Positions 1 to 12,979 of a DNA stretch of 64,000 nucleotides are shown in pieces. The position numbers and the translations under genes were made by a program. The notes beneath the pieces are model-generated. The model did no database searches, was not told the origin of the DNA, and saw only the letters and a program-made list of their open reading frames with translations. Location: contig NC_057751.1 in NCBI RefSeq assembly GCF_004010195.1, forward strand, positions 5,932,502-5,996,501. The letters run 5' to 3'. The first letter of the stretch is position 1. Each line of letters starts with the position of its first letter. The stretch is from Chiloscyllium plagiosum (Eukaryota).

Positions 1-1098
1 GGTGAAGTCATGTGGTATTGGGATACAGAACTGGCTTAGTCACCTGAGACAAGAGTAGTGGTGAAAGGATGTTTTTCAGAATGGAGGGTAGTGAATAGTG
101 ATGTTCCACAGGGATCAGTGCTGGCACTCCTGCTGTTCGTGATCTACATAAATGATTTGGAGGAAAATGTAGCTGATTTAATTAGTAAATTTGTGGACTA
201 TATAAAAATTGGTGGTGTTGTGGGTAGTGTGGAAGATTGTCAGAGGATACAGCAAGATATAGATCATTTAGCGGCATGAGCAGAAAAATGGCAGATGGAG
301 TTTAATCTGAACAAATGTGAGGTGTTGCATTTTGGAAGGTCAAGCACAGGTGGAAGTTGCACAGTGAGTGGCATAACCTTTAGGAGTACTGATATGCAGT
401 GGGATCTGAGTGTGCAGGTCCACAGATCACTGAAGAAGGTAGCGCAGGTAAGTAAAGTAGTAAAAAAGGCTTATAGCATGCTTGCCCTAATTGGAAAGGG
501 CATTGAGTATAAGGATAGATAGGTTATGCTGTAGCTTTATGGAACTTTAGTCAGGCCACACTTGGAATATTGCATACAGTCCTGGTCACCACATTACCAG
601 TAGGATGTGGATACTTTAGAGAGGGTACAGAAAATATTTACCAGGATGTTGCCTGATATGGGGATTTTAGCTAATGAAGAGAGGTTAGACAGACAGGGTT
701 TGTTTTCACTGGAATGCAGGAGATTGAGGGGGATCTCATAGACGTTTACAAGATTGTGAATGGTATGGATCGAGTGGAACGTATGAAACTTTTTCCCAGG
801 GTAAAGAGGTCAATTACTCGGGGAAACAAGTTCAAGGTGCGAGGGGGAAGTTTAAAAGAGCTGTGCTCGACAAGTTTTTCACACAAAGGGTGGTGAATGC
901 CTGGAACACGCTGCTAGAGGAGGTGGTGGAAGCAATAGCGACATTCAAGAAGCACCTGGACGAATACATGAATAGGAAGGGAATAGAAGGATCCTGTCAG
1001 TAAAGACAGTTTTAGTATGGAAAGGCAAAATATGTTGACACAGGTTTGGAGGGCCAAAAGGCCTCTTGCTGTGCTGTAATTTTCTTTGTTCTTGTTCT
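1..1098 (+). mobile_element. CR1 LINE, 3' part (decayed RT C-terminus + 3' UTR)
   Basis: Broken ORFs [26 protein letters not shown] and MEFNLNKCEVLHFGR; CR1-type 3' end gggccaaaaggcct...ttctttgttcttgttct; frameshifts and stops. Confidence 0.95.
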
Positions 1099-1509
1099 TA
1101 TCTGTGGAGACAGAGTTAAAGCCTGAACTCCAAGCTGACTCATCTTTGGACTTGAAGGGGCCTAGAAAACGATGGGTTTTATGCTGTGCAGAAAATAGGG
1201 CAGGGTTGGAGCAAGTGGAACAAAATCACAAACTCCCTGGAGCAAAAGGCAAAAAGGGATCTTCCTTCTTCCAGCCCAACAGTGCCTTGTTTGCATAGTT
1301 TGCTGTTAGTAGAACTGACCTATTTTCTGCTGTAAACGTCTACCTGCCATGATTATCTCCTCCATCTATATCTCTTCTACCATTAGCAGTCCCTTTACCT
1401 TCAGTTTTGGAGAAACATTATCATCTGTGCCTCTTGCTACAGCGTGAAACCCTTTACTTTTCAATCCCCTGAAGAGTAGTCATATTTAACTTGAACTGTT
1501 TCCTAGAAT

Positions 1510-1662
1510 TCTGAAATTCCCTCCCTAAAGGCATTGTGGGTTAACCCACAGCAGGTGGACTACAGTTCAAGAAGGCAGCTTACCACCTTTTCAGCGGCAT
1601 CTAAAAACTGGCAATAAATGCTGGCCAGCCAGCGACATCCACATTCTACAAAATGAATAAAA
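1510..1662 (+). mobile_element. 3' tail of a second CR1-like LINE family (or of its partner SINE)
   Basis: ggcaataaatgctggccagccagcgacatccacat...aatgaataaaa; a similar tail occurs at 63520-63606. Confidence 0.7.
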
Positions 1663-2445
1663 TACTTTTTGCTCCTTCGATAGATGCTGCCAGACCTTCC
1701 TGCAGCACTTTCTAATTACATTTTTGGAATTGCAACATCCACAGTCCTTGGCTTTGAAATGTGTAAGATGCCGGTTTTCAAGATTACTCAATGGTTTGGT
1801 TTCTTGTCAAATTTCCCAGGGAAGTATCAAACAGCATGGGTTAAGGGTATGCTCACTGTTGTGTGAAGCAAATCATGTGAACCATTTTTAAGATTGTATG
1901 TTCTTTGCCTAGTCAGAATATTTTTACAGCCAGGCCAAAGTATAATTGTAAAAGGTGACTTCTGTCACATCTCACTTACTGGGCACATTATCTCTCAGGA
2001 AACTGAACTGTAAGTCTCAAAAAGATTCCTCCTTGTGTGCATATGCTGATCACCAGCAAAAGGACCAAGAGAGAGTTCAGAAAAATCATTGCAATGAAAT
2101 GGAAACACTATTGGAAGGATAATCCTGGTAAATTGTACATGGGAAGTGAATACTTAGTTGAAAAGAAAAGAAACATGAGAGAAGGGATCGGAATTTGTAC
2201 ATCCCAACAGCTGAACCACTTCTTTCAATGAGTCCAGGATGATGGTCCAGCTTCTCTATTGTAGTCCATGGATTATCTGAAATTTTTTCATGACAACAAG
2301 TTTGTTAAAAATCTATTTTCCTTGCTTTTGGAAAAACCTTCTCATTTCTATGCCCCCCTTGAAGGTTCTGATTTTTGGAGTTTCGTTGGTGTGAGCCTCT
2401 CCTCATGTTTACCAAACTCAGGGTTGAAACAATGGAGAATGGAAA

Positions 2446-2790
2446 GACTTGCATTTATGTCATGCCATTCATGACATCAGGGTATCTCAAAGTTAAGGAA
2501 ACACTTGTGCAACAATCAACTTGCACTCAGCAAGATCTCCCAAAACCCTGGAAGATAAATGACAATCTGTTTCTGTGATTTTAGTTCAAGGTAAAATACT
2601 GGCTAGGAGAATTATTATGCTTTCTTTGCAAATCCCATGGGATATTTTACATTTACCTGAAAGGGCAGGTAGGACAGTTCATTGAAAGTGGGCAGCCTGG
2701 GTTATATGTTCCAATTACATATAGATGTTGGAAGATCTAAAATCTTGTCATTTGGAGGCAAGAATGCTTCTCACTGAGCTTTGACTGGCA
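2446..2790 (-). mobile_element. Deu-domain SINE (SacSINE1/AmnSINE1-like), decayed
   Basis: Reverse complement of the L2-type tail (gacttgcatttat) and the Deu core (cccatgggatattttacatttacctgaaaggg). Confidence 0.6.
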
Positions 2791-3689
2791 CCCGAGACAT
2801 GTCAGAGTTGTTGTTGCTTTCATGGAATATTAACATTGAAGATGCAAATTATTTCTTTGGCAAGGAAGTGGTCTCATCTTAATATTTCTGCATTTTTGCA
2901 CCATTTTGCGACAAGCATGAACAGTAATTTGTTTTTTGATCTGTTGTTGAAATTTATTGAAATTTACTCTATGTGTACCAATTAGGAATAAATTATTTTT
3001 GATTATCTTTTACAACAGTTGTTCCCTGCAGCAACAGATAATTTATTGCTGGATAAGAAACTACTATTTAATTATTATTGTGTTTTATTAAGTACTGCAT
3101 GGTCAGTAGGAATTTTATTCCTGTTGATTGATCATGGTCATATTTAAATCAGAGCTTCTGGCCACAATTCTGAATTATGCATATTCTTTTTAAGTGTTGC
3201 CTCCCTACATATTGCATTCCAATTAATTTTAAATACTATTTTGACTTTACAATTGATAGATTTTTAGTGTAAAAGGTGCTATAGAATTGGTGACATTTAG
3301 ATTTTTTACAAGAACAATGAATATCTAAAAGAGTTCTGCTTCTTCAAGTACACAAATCTTCATTCTCTTTCTTCACAAGAGGTACTACCTCTTACCACTC
3401 TCCCTCACATCACACACTCTCTCCGTGTTAACCCAAGTAAACATCCTTCATAGTCCCTCCAGGCTCACAGAGACACCTCTGTTGTACCTCACTTCCTACT
3501 TCAAGGTCGAAGCCTCTCCCCTTGCTCCAGTTCAAAGTACCACTTCCCACTTCCCAGATTACGGAAAATTGCAACACAATAATATAACAGTGGGCCCTAC
3601 TTCCCCATGTAAAAATTGCCCTTCTGTTTACAGTGTTGTTCCAACTCGATTTGATTCCTTTGTCCCTTGATCCTCCTTTCTTCCAACAT

Positions 3690-4310
3690 CTATCTCACCT
3701 TAAGTTTTGATGTAAATTCTGATTCAATCAAGAATTCCAGACATGAATGGCACGACCTCAGAATTCCCTTTTTTAAAAAACATCTTTTTGATCCCTGTCC
3801 GAAATCTCATGTTTAATCTTGTAGCTTCATATGCCTCATTTTAGACCATATTGCCTCTGGAAACAGTGTGTTTCTACCTAATCTATTGTACCCCAAACAC
3901 TTTCGTCAAATCAACCTGCCTTCTTCACATTTGTGAAAATCAGCTTTTTTCTAAGCTTTTCTTTTTGTCTGTATTTCCTCATAACCGTAAGAATCCAACT
4001 GAGGTACTCCCACTAAGTCTTCTATGCCTTTTACGTTATTTTTAACATGAGTCTTAAAAAGTACTCCAGCTGTTATGTTAATTGGGAGATACACTTCAGA
4101 GAGGAACTCCTGTTTGTATCCATCATTCTAGCTTGTCTTCATCTTCTTCCCCAAGTTCAAGTGCATGTCTCCAATTCACTTTGGATCTGTTGTCCTTGCC
4201 CACAATCCTTCTATGTGCTAATTCCAGCTCTTCTACCTCCTTTACCATCCCTACTACATCCTGCTGCTGCTTAATTAACCGAATATGCCATGCATGGGAA
4301 TACCTAGTTG
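3690..4310 (-). mobile_element. Old CR1 LINE fragment
   Basis: Degenerate match to the reverse complement of CR1 RT C-terminus and 3' UTR seen in younger copies. Confidence 0.5.
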
Positions 4311-5739
4311 TTACGAAGATGCTTAATATTTAGTATTGTTTGGAGGATTTCAGTTTTGAAGGATTGTGGAAAATGGATTCATTTCAAGCTTAATGGAAAT
4401 ATCTGGAGCAAGTTCAGTATGGGACATTGAAGATTTTTTTCTGACAAGGCTTCCTGTCAATTACGTGACGGTTGATAGCTATGCCCTTTTTGCTTTGCTG
4501 TACACACCAACTCGCTTGGAAAATTGCATTTTTCAGTTGATGGAAAATGAAATAACTCCACACAGGCTGGCATCCCGTCACCAAGTTGCCCTTTGTTTCC
4601 ACATGAGCAGTCCTTGAATTTTGTACTGTCTCATTTAGAGTCAGATACCAGAGTGTCAGTACCCTCGACATTCAATCTTTTTATGTCAGCCAGGTCTCCC
4701 TGATTGGACCAGAATTAACAGCTCAAGTGGGGAACTCAGATTCTAGGAGCTCCAACTGCTGACCTTGTTACAATCACTGCAGGAAGCCTGGGAATCAGCC
4801 AAGTTAGAGGAAAACCATTTAAGAACAAGTTGAGTTGGTCCAATGCTTGGTTAAAAAAAAAGCTAGCCAGCTGATCTCTCCCATTTCAGAGCATAAAACC
4901 CTCCAACTGAGTTCAGGTTAGAACCGATTGTTTCTTCTGAAAGGGTAATTGAAGAAGCACCCCAAAATTGCATTTCCTGAGCAGGCTGTGTCTGCAAGAT
5001 ATCAGAGACAACCATGTATGATTTGTGACTTAAACACACATTCCAGAACATGGCAGCAACATTCTTTGCCTTAGTTTTTGCTTCAAGGCTAACACACTGC
5101 CCAAAGTGATTTTTTTCAGGAAATTGGTATCTGTAGTGAACATGTGTACATTTGTGTGTGTGCATGTCTGTTTATACGTGAGGTTTGGGGATATTGACAG
5201 GGACTTCTATATTTCTAAGTGTGAATGTTAAGCAATTGTTGCATCTTTATTGAATCATTTTTGGTTCAATTATAAATCAATTGTTGTGTTTGTTAAGAAA
5301 CATAGTTGATAAATCTTTTGTTTAATACTTGATAAAGATAAGGTATCACTTCAGCAAGTGAAAAATAAAATATTTTATTTGGGACTAGTGGAGTTGTGAC
5401 ATTGCATTCCTCCAGCCTTCAACATAAGATGTCCTTTCAAGCCTATTTTACAATGGAGTAAAAGGAGCAGTGATAAATCAGTAATGGCACTGAGGAGAGA
5501 GATAGTTGATCTATCCTGCACTACAACAGGGTATTGAAACCAAAAGGTACAATCCTAATGCTGTCTCGATTGAGGAAAGTCAAGTCAGCATTGGTTTAGT
5601 TTTGACTCTGATTCTTTGCTGATTATGGAGAACTGAGAGGGCAAAACTATGGAAACAATTTTCAGTGGTTCAGGAATCTTGAATTATGACCAAAGTTGAA
5701 AAATTATACTCAGGTCTTTCAGTAATGAAATTAATTGGC

Positions 5740-6215
5740 ACTAATACACACAAAGGCTGCAAGAAGATTGGAACTTTTTCTGCAAACAGCAGCTCATTCT
5801 TGGTCAATTGTTGACCTTGAATTTGATATTAATAGATTTCAGTTAACAAGTGTATAAATGGATATGTGGCAAGAAACAGATGAGAAAGAGAGGAAGAAGC
5901 TACTCCCATTGGTTGCAGAATCTGGCACTTGGGATCATGGTTTAAAACATCAGAGCTGGACTTTTCAGGAGAAAAATTCAGAAACACTGTTCATATAGAA
6001 AGTTACATGCGATCATTTAGAACTCTCTTCCTTCGCTGGCATATTATGCAGGGTCAATTGTTATTTTTAAATCTCAGGTTGCTGACATCTTTGGAAAATT
6101 GAAATCTAAGAGAAAAGGTTGGTATTTGGAATTAGAAGACAGATCAGCTATGCTCTCAGTGAATGGTGGAACAGGGCCTAGAGTCTAAATGACCTTCTCT
6201 TGTTCCTACGTTTCC
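5740..6215 (+). mobile_element. Two tandem old CR1 3' fragments
   Basis: Repeated ggaact...gggtcaattgtt...tttaaat motif and CR1 3' end (gatcagctatgctctcagtgaatggtggaacaggg...ttgttcctacg). Confidence 0.6.
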
Positions 6216-6783
6216 ATGAGTGGCTCAGTTTCATTTGAAACAGTAGGCTTACCTAATGAACTTTCAAGCAAACCAAGGAATTATTGTCCCTCGTGAAGAA
6301 GGGAAGTCTTGAGTAATCTTCTTCAGTCCAATTGCAATGCATCAGAACATCAAGATAGCATTTCATCCAAGACAAAGGTAAAAGGAACTAGTGTTAGTCT
6401 CATGAGTTAAGGAACCCATGCTTTAAGAAGTCAGTGTGAGCACTGCCTACTCACCCACTTGGGTCACTTTACCACCTGCATCAAAGGTTGTAGCTATGTC
6501 ACCTACTTTCATTTCCCTTTCGGTCTTCGTCTCTCCCTTTCCAGGAGGAAAGCTGCCCACAATAGGGCAGAAAGAGATGGGTGGTGGGCTGTGCAATATT
6601 TGGCTTCTTAGCTTTTCTGTGGCAAAGATCTTGAACCTGAGCTCCCTTTGTGGCCAAATGATTACATTGGAGCCTCTGGACTGATATTACAGGCTGCCTT
6701 TAACTTAGCCTTTAGTCAGGGGATCCCAGCATACTATGTTCCTTGCCTTGACTGAGGCCTCCAAGTTTCCTGTTTTGTGTCTG

Positions 6784-7503
6784 TGTTAAGAGATTGAAGG
6801 CGTGCACTATAACTTTAAGAGAGAGTGAATGCTGTTCTGAACTGAAAGCTGACAAGCACTGTGATGACGAGCTAGAGTGTCAGAGTGTACTGGAAAATTG
6901 AAAATATGGAACATTTGGCTGTGAAATCGATACCTGAGTTATTTTGACATCAATTCAAATGTAACCAATCAGTTTAAGTTATGTCCCAGGAGACAAAAAC
7001 CTCATCAAGTTTGAATTTACTGTTTTGCCAACATTGAACCAATGAGATGATCCAATGTTGGGGGTATAAAAAAACCAGGCATTTTGAAAGTTAGACATAG
7101 TAATTACCATCGAGAAAGACTGCCATTGTCATATGAAACATCTTCACACCAGAAAAGAGAAAAAAGACGACCCAGGGAGATCTTCAGCTGAAAAAAGAAA
7201 GATACCGGAAATGACAGCCACTGTGTGGTTGTGAAATTAAGTTGATGTAATTTTGATATGTGTTTTTATTGGAACGGTCTATTATTATAGAGTTGGAGGC
7301 AGATAATAAGCAGCTAAGAAAAAAGGGGCTTAGAGTTGTTTAATGTTCACTTTTAGAGTTAAGGAATAAATTGCTATTATTTTCTTTAAATAGTGGAATT
7401 TGCAAGTTCTCTGTCACTCATATTTTAACAGATTACTAGGCGAGGTGAGTTTTTCTGGGTGTGTGGTTTAATTAACAGAAGGGTTCACCACCGTGTCGTA
7501 ACA
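6784..7503 (+). mobile_element. Solo LTR (720 bp), Gypsy/ERV-type, family 1
   Basis: TGTTAAG...CGTAACA termini; perfect 4-bp TSD TCTG (6780-6783 / 7504-7507); TATA-like gggtataaaa near 7062 and AATAAA near 7365; homologous to 52701-53404 and 56743-57516 in reverse. Confidence 0.9.
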
Positions 7504-8111
7504 TCTGTGCTAAACAGCATAGCAATACAGCAGAACTGTGTGCCTGGTATCTCTGGCTGAGAGGAAAGATGCAAAAAGGAAAGACAAGGCATTTAGGGAT
7601 GCTTTGAGGACTCTGGTAGGCTCAGGTGCATGAGCAGTAAGGGATGGAGAGAACAGCTGAAGGTGCAAACCCTGGAGACATGTCCCTGAGTGCAAAGTGT
7701 CCTTCCTGCAGCATTTAAGTGATAATTGCCACTTTGTCCCGAGGTGTAACGAGGAAATCCTGAAGTGTGCTTTAAGCCATCTGAAGATGCACCATGAGTG
7801 TTCTTTAGGGCTGGCACATATTGGATGCTAATGTCTATGGATGCATGTGGTTCATGGCCATGGAATGTGCCCTGAGATGTTAGTGTCTGGTGTCCAACAT
7901 GGACAGCGGCAAGCTGAAATCACCAGGTACCCATTCTGATTTCTATGTTGAGAATTCTCTGGGTCTAGTTTGTTTGACAGATTTGATAAAATAGGAAGCT
8001 GCACATTAATGAGGCAAGAAGTGTCATTAGTAAGGTCATTAATCGGCAATAATCCCCCTGAACTGGCAACATTTTGCCTCAATGCTCAGCATTTGCATAA
8101 AAGCTGCAGTG

Positions 8112-8230
8112 AGGGCCCTCTTGTGGACCAGTGCTAGCTACCTTACACCTGGGGCAGGAAGCCCAGGTTGAAGTTCCACCTGCTCTATAGGTGTGAAATA
8201 ACAACTCTGAACAGGTTGATTAGAAAAATA
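8112..8230 (+). mobile_element. Short tRNA-derived SINE, decayed
   Basis: A/B-box-like head (tggaccagtgcta...ggttgaagttcc) followed by tctgaacaggttgattagaaaaata. Confidence 0.55.
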
Positions 8231-8554
8231 GGTTAATTAAACCTATTTGAATTAATCCTTACATCATTCAGACCCTAATACAATTCCACCCAAAGTCTAT
8301 ACCCCAAAGTTAAGATGCTCCATACATACGTGTGCATTTCCAGAGAGCAGAAAATGTTCTTACAATGTATACTGTGTGTTCCACACTTCATTATAGATGG
8401 TGAGGAAGATACTGGGAGCTGGAGAAAGGGCATTTCTGGACAGGTGGATGAGGGAGGGGAATGTGGCCCTGGGAGTCTCAGATAGGCGATAGAAATCTAA
8501 GAAGGGAACAGCAGATCAGTTGCCAGGAGTGGAGAGAAGTGAGTAGAATTCTAT

Positions 8555-8655
8555 CATTACGTTACAACAGTGACTACATTTAGTAGTATTCAGGGCTGTA
8601 AAATATTTTAGGACATACTGAGGTCATGTGAGGTGCTGCACAAATACAATTCAAG
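8555..8655 (+). mobile_element. Deu-SINE/L2-type 3' tail fragment
   Basis: ttacaacagtgactaca...ggctgtaaaa...ctgaggtcatgtgaggtgct. Confidence 0.55.
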
Positions 8656-9099
8656 TGGAAAAAAGTGCCTCTTTCTTCCAATTAATATTTAATCCCTGCT
8701 TTGAGTGGCAGTTTCTAAAGTGCATGCTTTAACACCATGTCAGGTGATATTACTGATGACAGAACCTGTTGTTGAGATATATATGTACCCATTACACCAT
8801 TAGTCTGAGCATTTGGGTGCTTTTTGACTAAGTAATTAATTTGGCAAAGTTCACATCACATTCAAGTTAACTCGTTCTTGCAATGTTCTCCTTTTCTTTT
8901 AGTTACTCAAATAGAATGCATGAATTTCTGATGTTTTCTGAAAAATACATCCTGTTGCTTTTCACTTGGGATTGTAAATGGATTTCTTCTGTATTTGCCA
9001 GCTGTTAGTGTCAGTGTTCATCTCTGGCTTGTGCCACATATTACTTGGGAATATCAGGTCAAGACATGCAGGTAGATTTTCTATGGAGGCTAAAAACTC

Positions 9100-10160
9100 A
9101 GTGAACAAGCTTTGGTTTAATTTCAATTTGGGCCACCGAGTCTCTGAGCAAATGTGCATGATTTGACAGATTAGGAAAGATTGCATTGAATAATGGGCTG
9201 AAATTGAGTTACAAGCAACGTCTAAAAATAATAGTTTCCAAATTGCTGATCAAAAGATTATTTTCTTAGATCACAAAGCTCTGCATTGTGTTGGAAGGAA
9301 AATGCTTAAAACATTGTATTGGGAATAGTTTTGATTGCAACTTTGCTGAGTTAACAGATCTCAGTCCTTTTCACAGTTGGACTCAGCATCTGGGTGAAGA
9401 AGAAGAAAAATAAGCTGGACTGCTATCTGATATCTTTGAGTGGCTGTTAGATGAAGATAAGGTCAGGTTTTGGCTTTAATTTCCCACTGTGGACAAAGCA
9501 TTTGCTAATGATGAACCTTTTTCTGCGCAAATCTTTAAGTTGGCAGGACAAGTGAGTTAATAGTTAATTACATACATGGGATCTGGGTCATCCGAAGACC
9601 CTCTAAAAGCCAGGATATTAAGCGAAAAGTGTGCAAGAATAGAAAATAGCCACAGAGGGATTAAAATACTCTTGTCCAGTCATGGGGACTGAACTTCAGA
9701 AATGACACAAAGGCTTTGATGAAGCTAGAGGAGAGATTTCCTGGAATGGTTGCAAGGAAGAGGGATTTCAGTCATCTGGAGAGACTGGAGAAATTGAGGT
9801 TCTTTTCCTTAGAGAAGAGGAAGCTGACAGGAGATTTGTTAGTGAATTTTAAAATCATGAAGGGGAAATGAAAATAAACTTTGCAGTGGCTGAAACATAA
9901 ACCAATCGACATGTACTGAAGACAAAAGAAGAACAAGAGATGACCTAAACGCTTTCTTCCCATTAAGTGTTTAGCATTTGGAATACAGGCATTACAAGAC
10001 AGTTTATAGAAATAGATTAAATAGTAGCTTTCAAGAGGGCAATGTATAAATAGCTAGGACAAAATAAATCAGGAATATGAGGAAAAGACTTGGAATTAGA
10101 TTAACTGGATTATTCTTTGCAAGAGTAGCAAAGATTCAGTGGGCCAAAAATCTTGTTTCT
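9100..10160 (+). mobile_element. Old CR1 LINE 3' part, interrupted by unrelated sequence at about 9240-9520
   Basis: gagagactggagaaattgaggttcttttccttagagaagaggaagctgacaggagattt (ERLEKL..FSLE.R.L.GDL motif). Confidence 0.65.
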
Positions 10161-11030
10161 GGTCAAATGCTAAAACTTGATGTCATGCATGAAGGAGGCA
10201 CTTTTTGAGAGAAATTGAAGAGATATTTTTGACCATTGAACTGCTTTAGCAACCATTCGAAATGTAAAACAATCTCAAAGTATCTTCCACAGTGCTGGGA
10301 TTTGCCTAAGTGCTTGTATGAAAAGTTTGTTGGGAGATTCTGGAATCACCTGCAAATATTCCAGATGCTGGTGTTTGTTTATCCAATATTCAAGTTATTT
10401 TTAAAAAAACCAAAAAAAAAGTTGAACACTGCACAAGTAACATTGAAGTCAACTGGAGCTACTTCTATTTTTATGCTCAACACTTTAATCTCCAGTTGTA
10501 ACAGGCAGAATTAAAGTCGGGTCTGACCTGCTGGAGAAACCAACAAAATGCAGGTGGACAAATCTGGGTAATGTGCTCATATCTAAGAGCCAAGAAATTT
10601 TACATAATGCCCAAATTTATTTGGCATTAACTCAGATCAAAATAAAAATAAGACAAGGAGCAGAATGAACAACCAAAGAAGACCAATTTCACTGACAAGC
10701 TCAAACTGCAAAAATTCATCACGTCTTTGACATCACTGATGTATGTGATTTCCTTCGAGGTCAAAATGATCTAATGTTGATTAGGATACGCATCTTTCTG
10801 GTCTACTGAGAAGAGTTTTGTTGAGTAAACAAAATCCAATTTGTTGCACATGTATTCAAACAACAACTGATGGGTTACATAAATATGACTACATTACTCC
10901 AGAGCCAGTAAGGAGCGCTGTAACCCATATCTGACTCCAACAAGCGCCCTTTTTACTCTGACCAAGACACAGTGGCATCATCACAGCGACTGCTGCTTTC
11001 TTCATGCAAACAAGTATCAACCCTTTCAGA

Positions 11031-11363
11031 CGTTGAAAATGTGTTGCTAGAAAAGCGCAGCAGGTCAGGCAGCATCCAAGGAGCAGGAGAATCGACCTTT
11101 TGGGCATGAGCCCTTCTTCAGGAATGAGGAAAGTGTGTCCAGCAGGCTAAGATAAAAGGTAGGGAGGAGGGACTTGGGGGAGGGGCGTTGGAAATGCGAT
11201 AGGTGGAAGGAGGTTAAGGTGAGGGTGATAAGGTGAGGGCCTGAAGAAGAGCTTATGCCCGAAACGTCGATTCTCCTGCTCCTTGGATGCTGCCCGACCT
11301 GCTGCGCTTTTCCAGCACCACACTTTCAGCTCTGATCTCCAGCATCTGCAGTCCTCACTTTCT
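11031..11363. mobile_element. Penelope-like (PLE) fold-back insertion, family A
   Basis: Inverted arms at about 11035-11121 (-) and 11240-11327 (+); one-sided 3' tail; TSD cctttcaga 11022-11030 / 11364-11372; matches the pLTR downstream of the GIY-YIG fragment at 26338-26765. Confidence 0.9.
11241..11270 (+). ncRNA. Minimal type I hammerhead ribozyme motif (family A)
   Basis: CUGAAGA-A-GAGC(uuau)GCCC-GAAA-CGUC; one mismatch in stem II; palindromic ACGU stem III; GUC cleavage triplet. Confidence 0.65.
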
Positions 11364-11670
11364 CCTTTCAGATGATATACAGTTCATGCAAAACAGAAGT
11401 TGAGCAAGGAGGCAGCAGAGGATGTGCAATTAAACAGACGAGGAGATGGAAACTTGGTGGACATCCTGCCCAAACAACTTTAAGACCTCTCTCATCTCAA
11501 AGCCAACAGAACATTGATTGGGTTGGCAGTTTATAAAGAGAGGTAACAGTAAAAAATCTGGACCAGCTTCTTCATTAATGATTATGACATATACCTCAGT
11601 ACATTTCTTTAGAAAGTTTGATTTTTCTGTGTCAAATTGTGGTCAGTATGGTTGCTGTGAAATGGGCAGA

Positions 11671-11715
11671 AGTAGGTACTGCAGATGCTGGAGATTAGAG
11701 TCAAAATTAGAGAGG
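11671..11715 (-). mobile_element. 45-bp PLE 3'-terminal micro-insertion
   Basis: Reverse complement reads ...ctctaatctccagcatctgcagtacctact (family A-type tail); 18-bp TSD tgctgtgaaatgggcaga 11653-11670 / 11716-11733. Confidence 0.8.
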
Positions 11716-12650
11716 TGCTGTGAAATGGGCAGAGTTATGAATGCATAGGTATTCAGACATTGAGATGGAATAAAAGATTTGTAAGTTCAGTGTTTTTGTT
11801 CTGTTTCGCTGTAAGGGACCATACCCTCGATAATTCCACAGGGATCAAATATAAATAGGTCGGCAGATATCATTGTCATGATCAGTTTTGCAAAATAAAA
11901 TGCATTCCACTTGATAATATTTAAAAAGATGGAAATGAAATATCTTGCTCTTCAACACTCCAGCACACTAAATTTATTGAACTCGACCATGTATAAAATG
12001 GAGGCATGCAAACTTCAATCTATTAAAAAGCTCTCCTGCATTACTTTCATATTAATGTAAGAGCTGGGATTTGTGATTAACAGCATGCTGCTGAATGTAA
12101 CCATGACTGTTTTGGTGCATTTGTAACAGACAACTACTTTGAGCAAGCAGTTCAAGCTTCTTTTACTCAGCTCAAGTCAAGACCTCTGATATGTTATAAG
12201 AAAGTGAGCTTTTTGCTGATTTGAGTACCTGGACAAACATTTATACAACTGGAGCCAAGCTTGTTCAGACGCTGTACAATTTCCTGATGATATCTCGTTA
12301 ACTTCTGTTGGAAAGGTGTAGTTTTACAGTTTGCAGCATTTGTGTCCTGCTAACATGAGAATTTGTAAAATAAGTGTTTTGTACTTCTGCAATGATGGAT
12401 AGTTGTTTTAAGAGACTAAAATAAAGAAAAATAATGTCTGTCTCATATATTGAGGTGTTCTCTGTATTTCAGCTAAAATATGTACTTCCTGTCCTTTCCC
12501 CACTTTATTTTCTTCCCTTGGTCTCCCTCTTGCTTCAATAGCAGTCTCTCACAGTTGTACAGATGTGCATAACACTCATTTATTTGCACAACTTGGCAAT
12601 GATGGTTGGGAAGCATTTCATACGAGCATATATTATCTGATCCCAGTTTT

Positions 12651-12979
12651 CAGGAGTGAGGTACAGACTGGAATCTAATTGAGGGGATTTCAGTGGTTTA
12701 TGTCGACAATAATGCATACTTAAGAGTGACTAACAAGTCAGACAACAATTGATAGATTGGTTTATATGTAAAATAATGGGTACCCGGGAGTGAGTCACAG
12801 ATCAGAAGCAATTTGAAAGGTTTAGATGGTTTATAAATCGAATAATGGGTACATGTCTGTATTGCAGTCTAATCATGAGTTCAGATGGTTATTGTGTAGA
12901 ATAACGGATACCTGGTAATGAGTTACGGACCACAATCTAGACAAGGAATTTGGATGGTTTATACATAGAATAACAGATG
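12651..12979. repeat. Degenerate ~60-70 bp minisatellite, about 5 units
   Basis: Recurring gagtgag.tacaga....aatc.a..ga.g..tt...tggtttata...gaataa..gatacc. Confidence 0.75.

Noticed and set aside
9370..9470. Apparent exon (tttcacag acceptor ... aag/gtcagg donor)
   Set aside because: Stop codons in all three frames, no recognisable protein, and it lies inside an old CR1.
12651..12979. Repeat-spacer-like periodicity suggesting a CRISPR array
   Set aside because: Whole units are homologous with no unique spacers, there are no cas genes, and the context is vertebrate.
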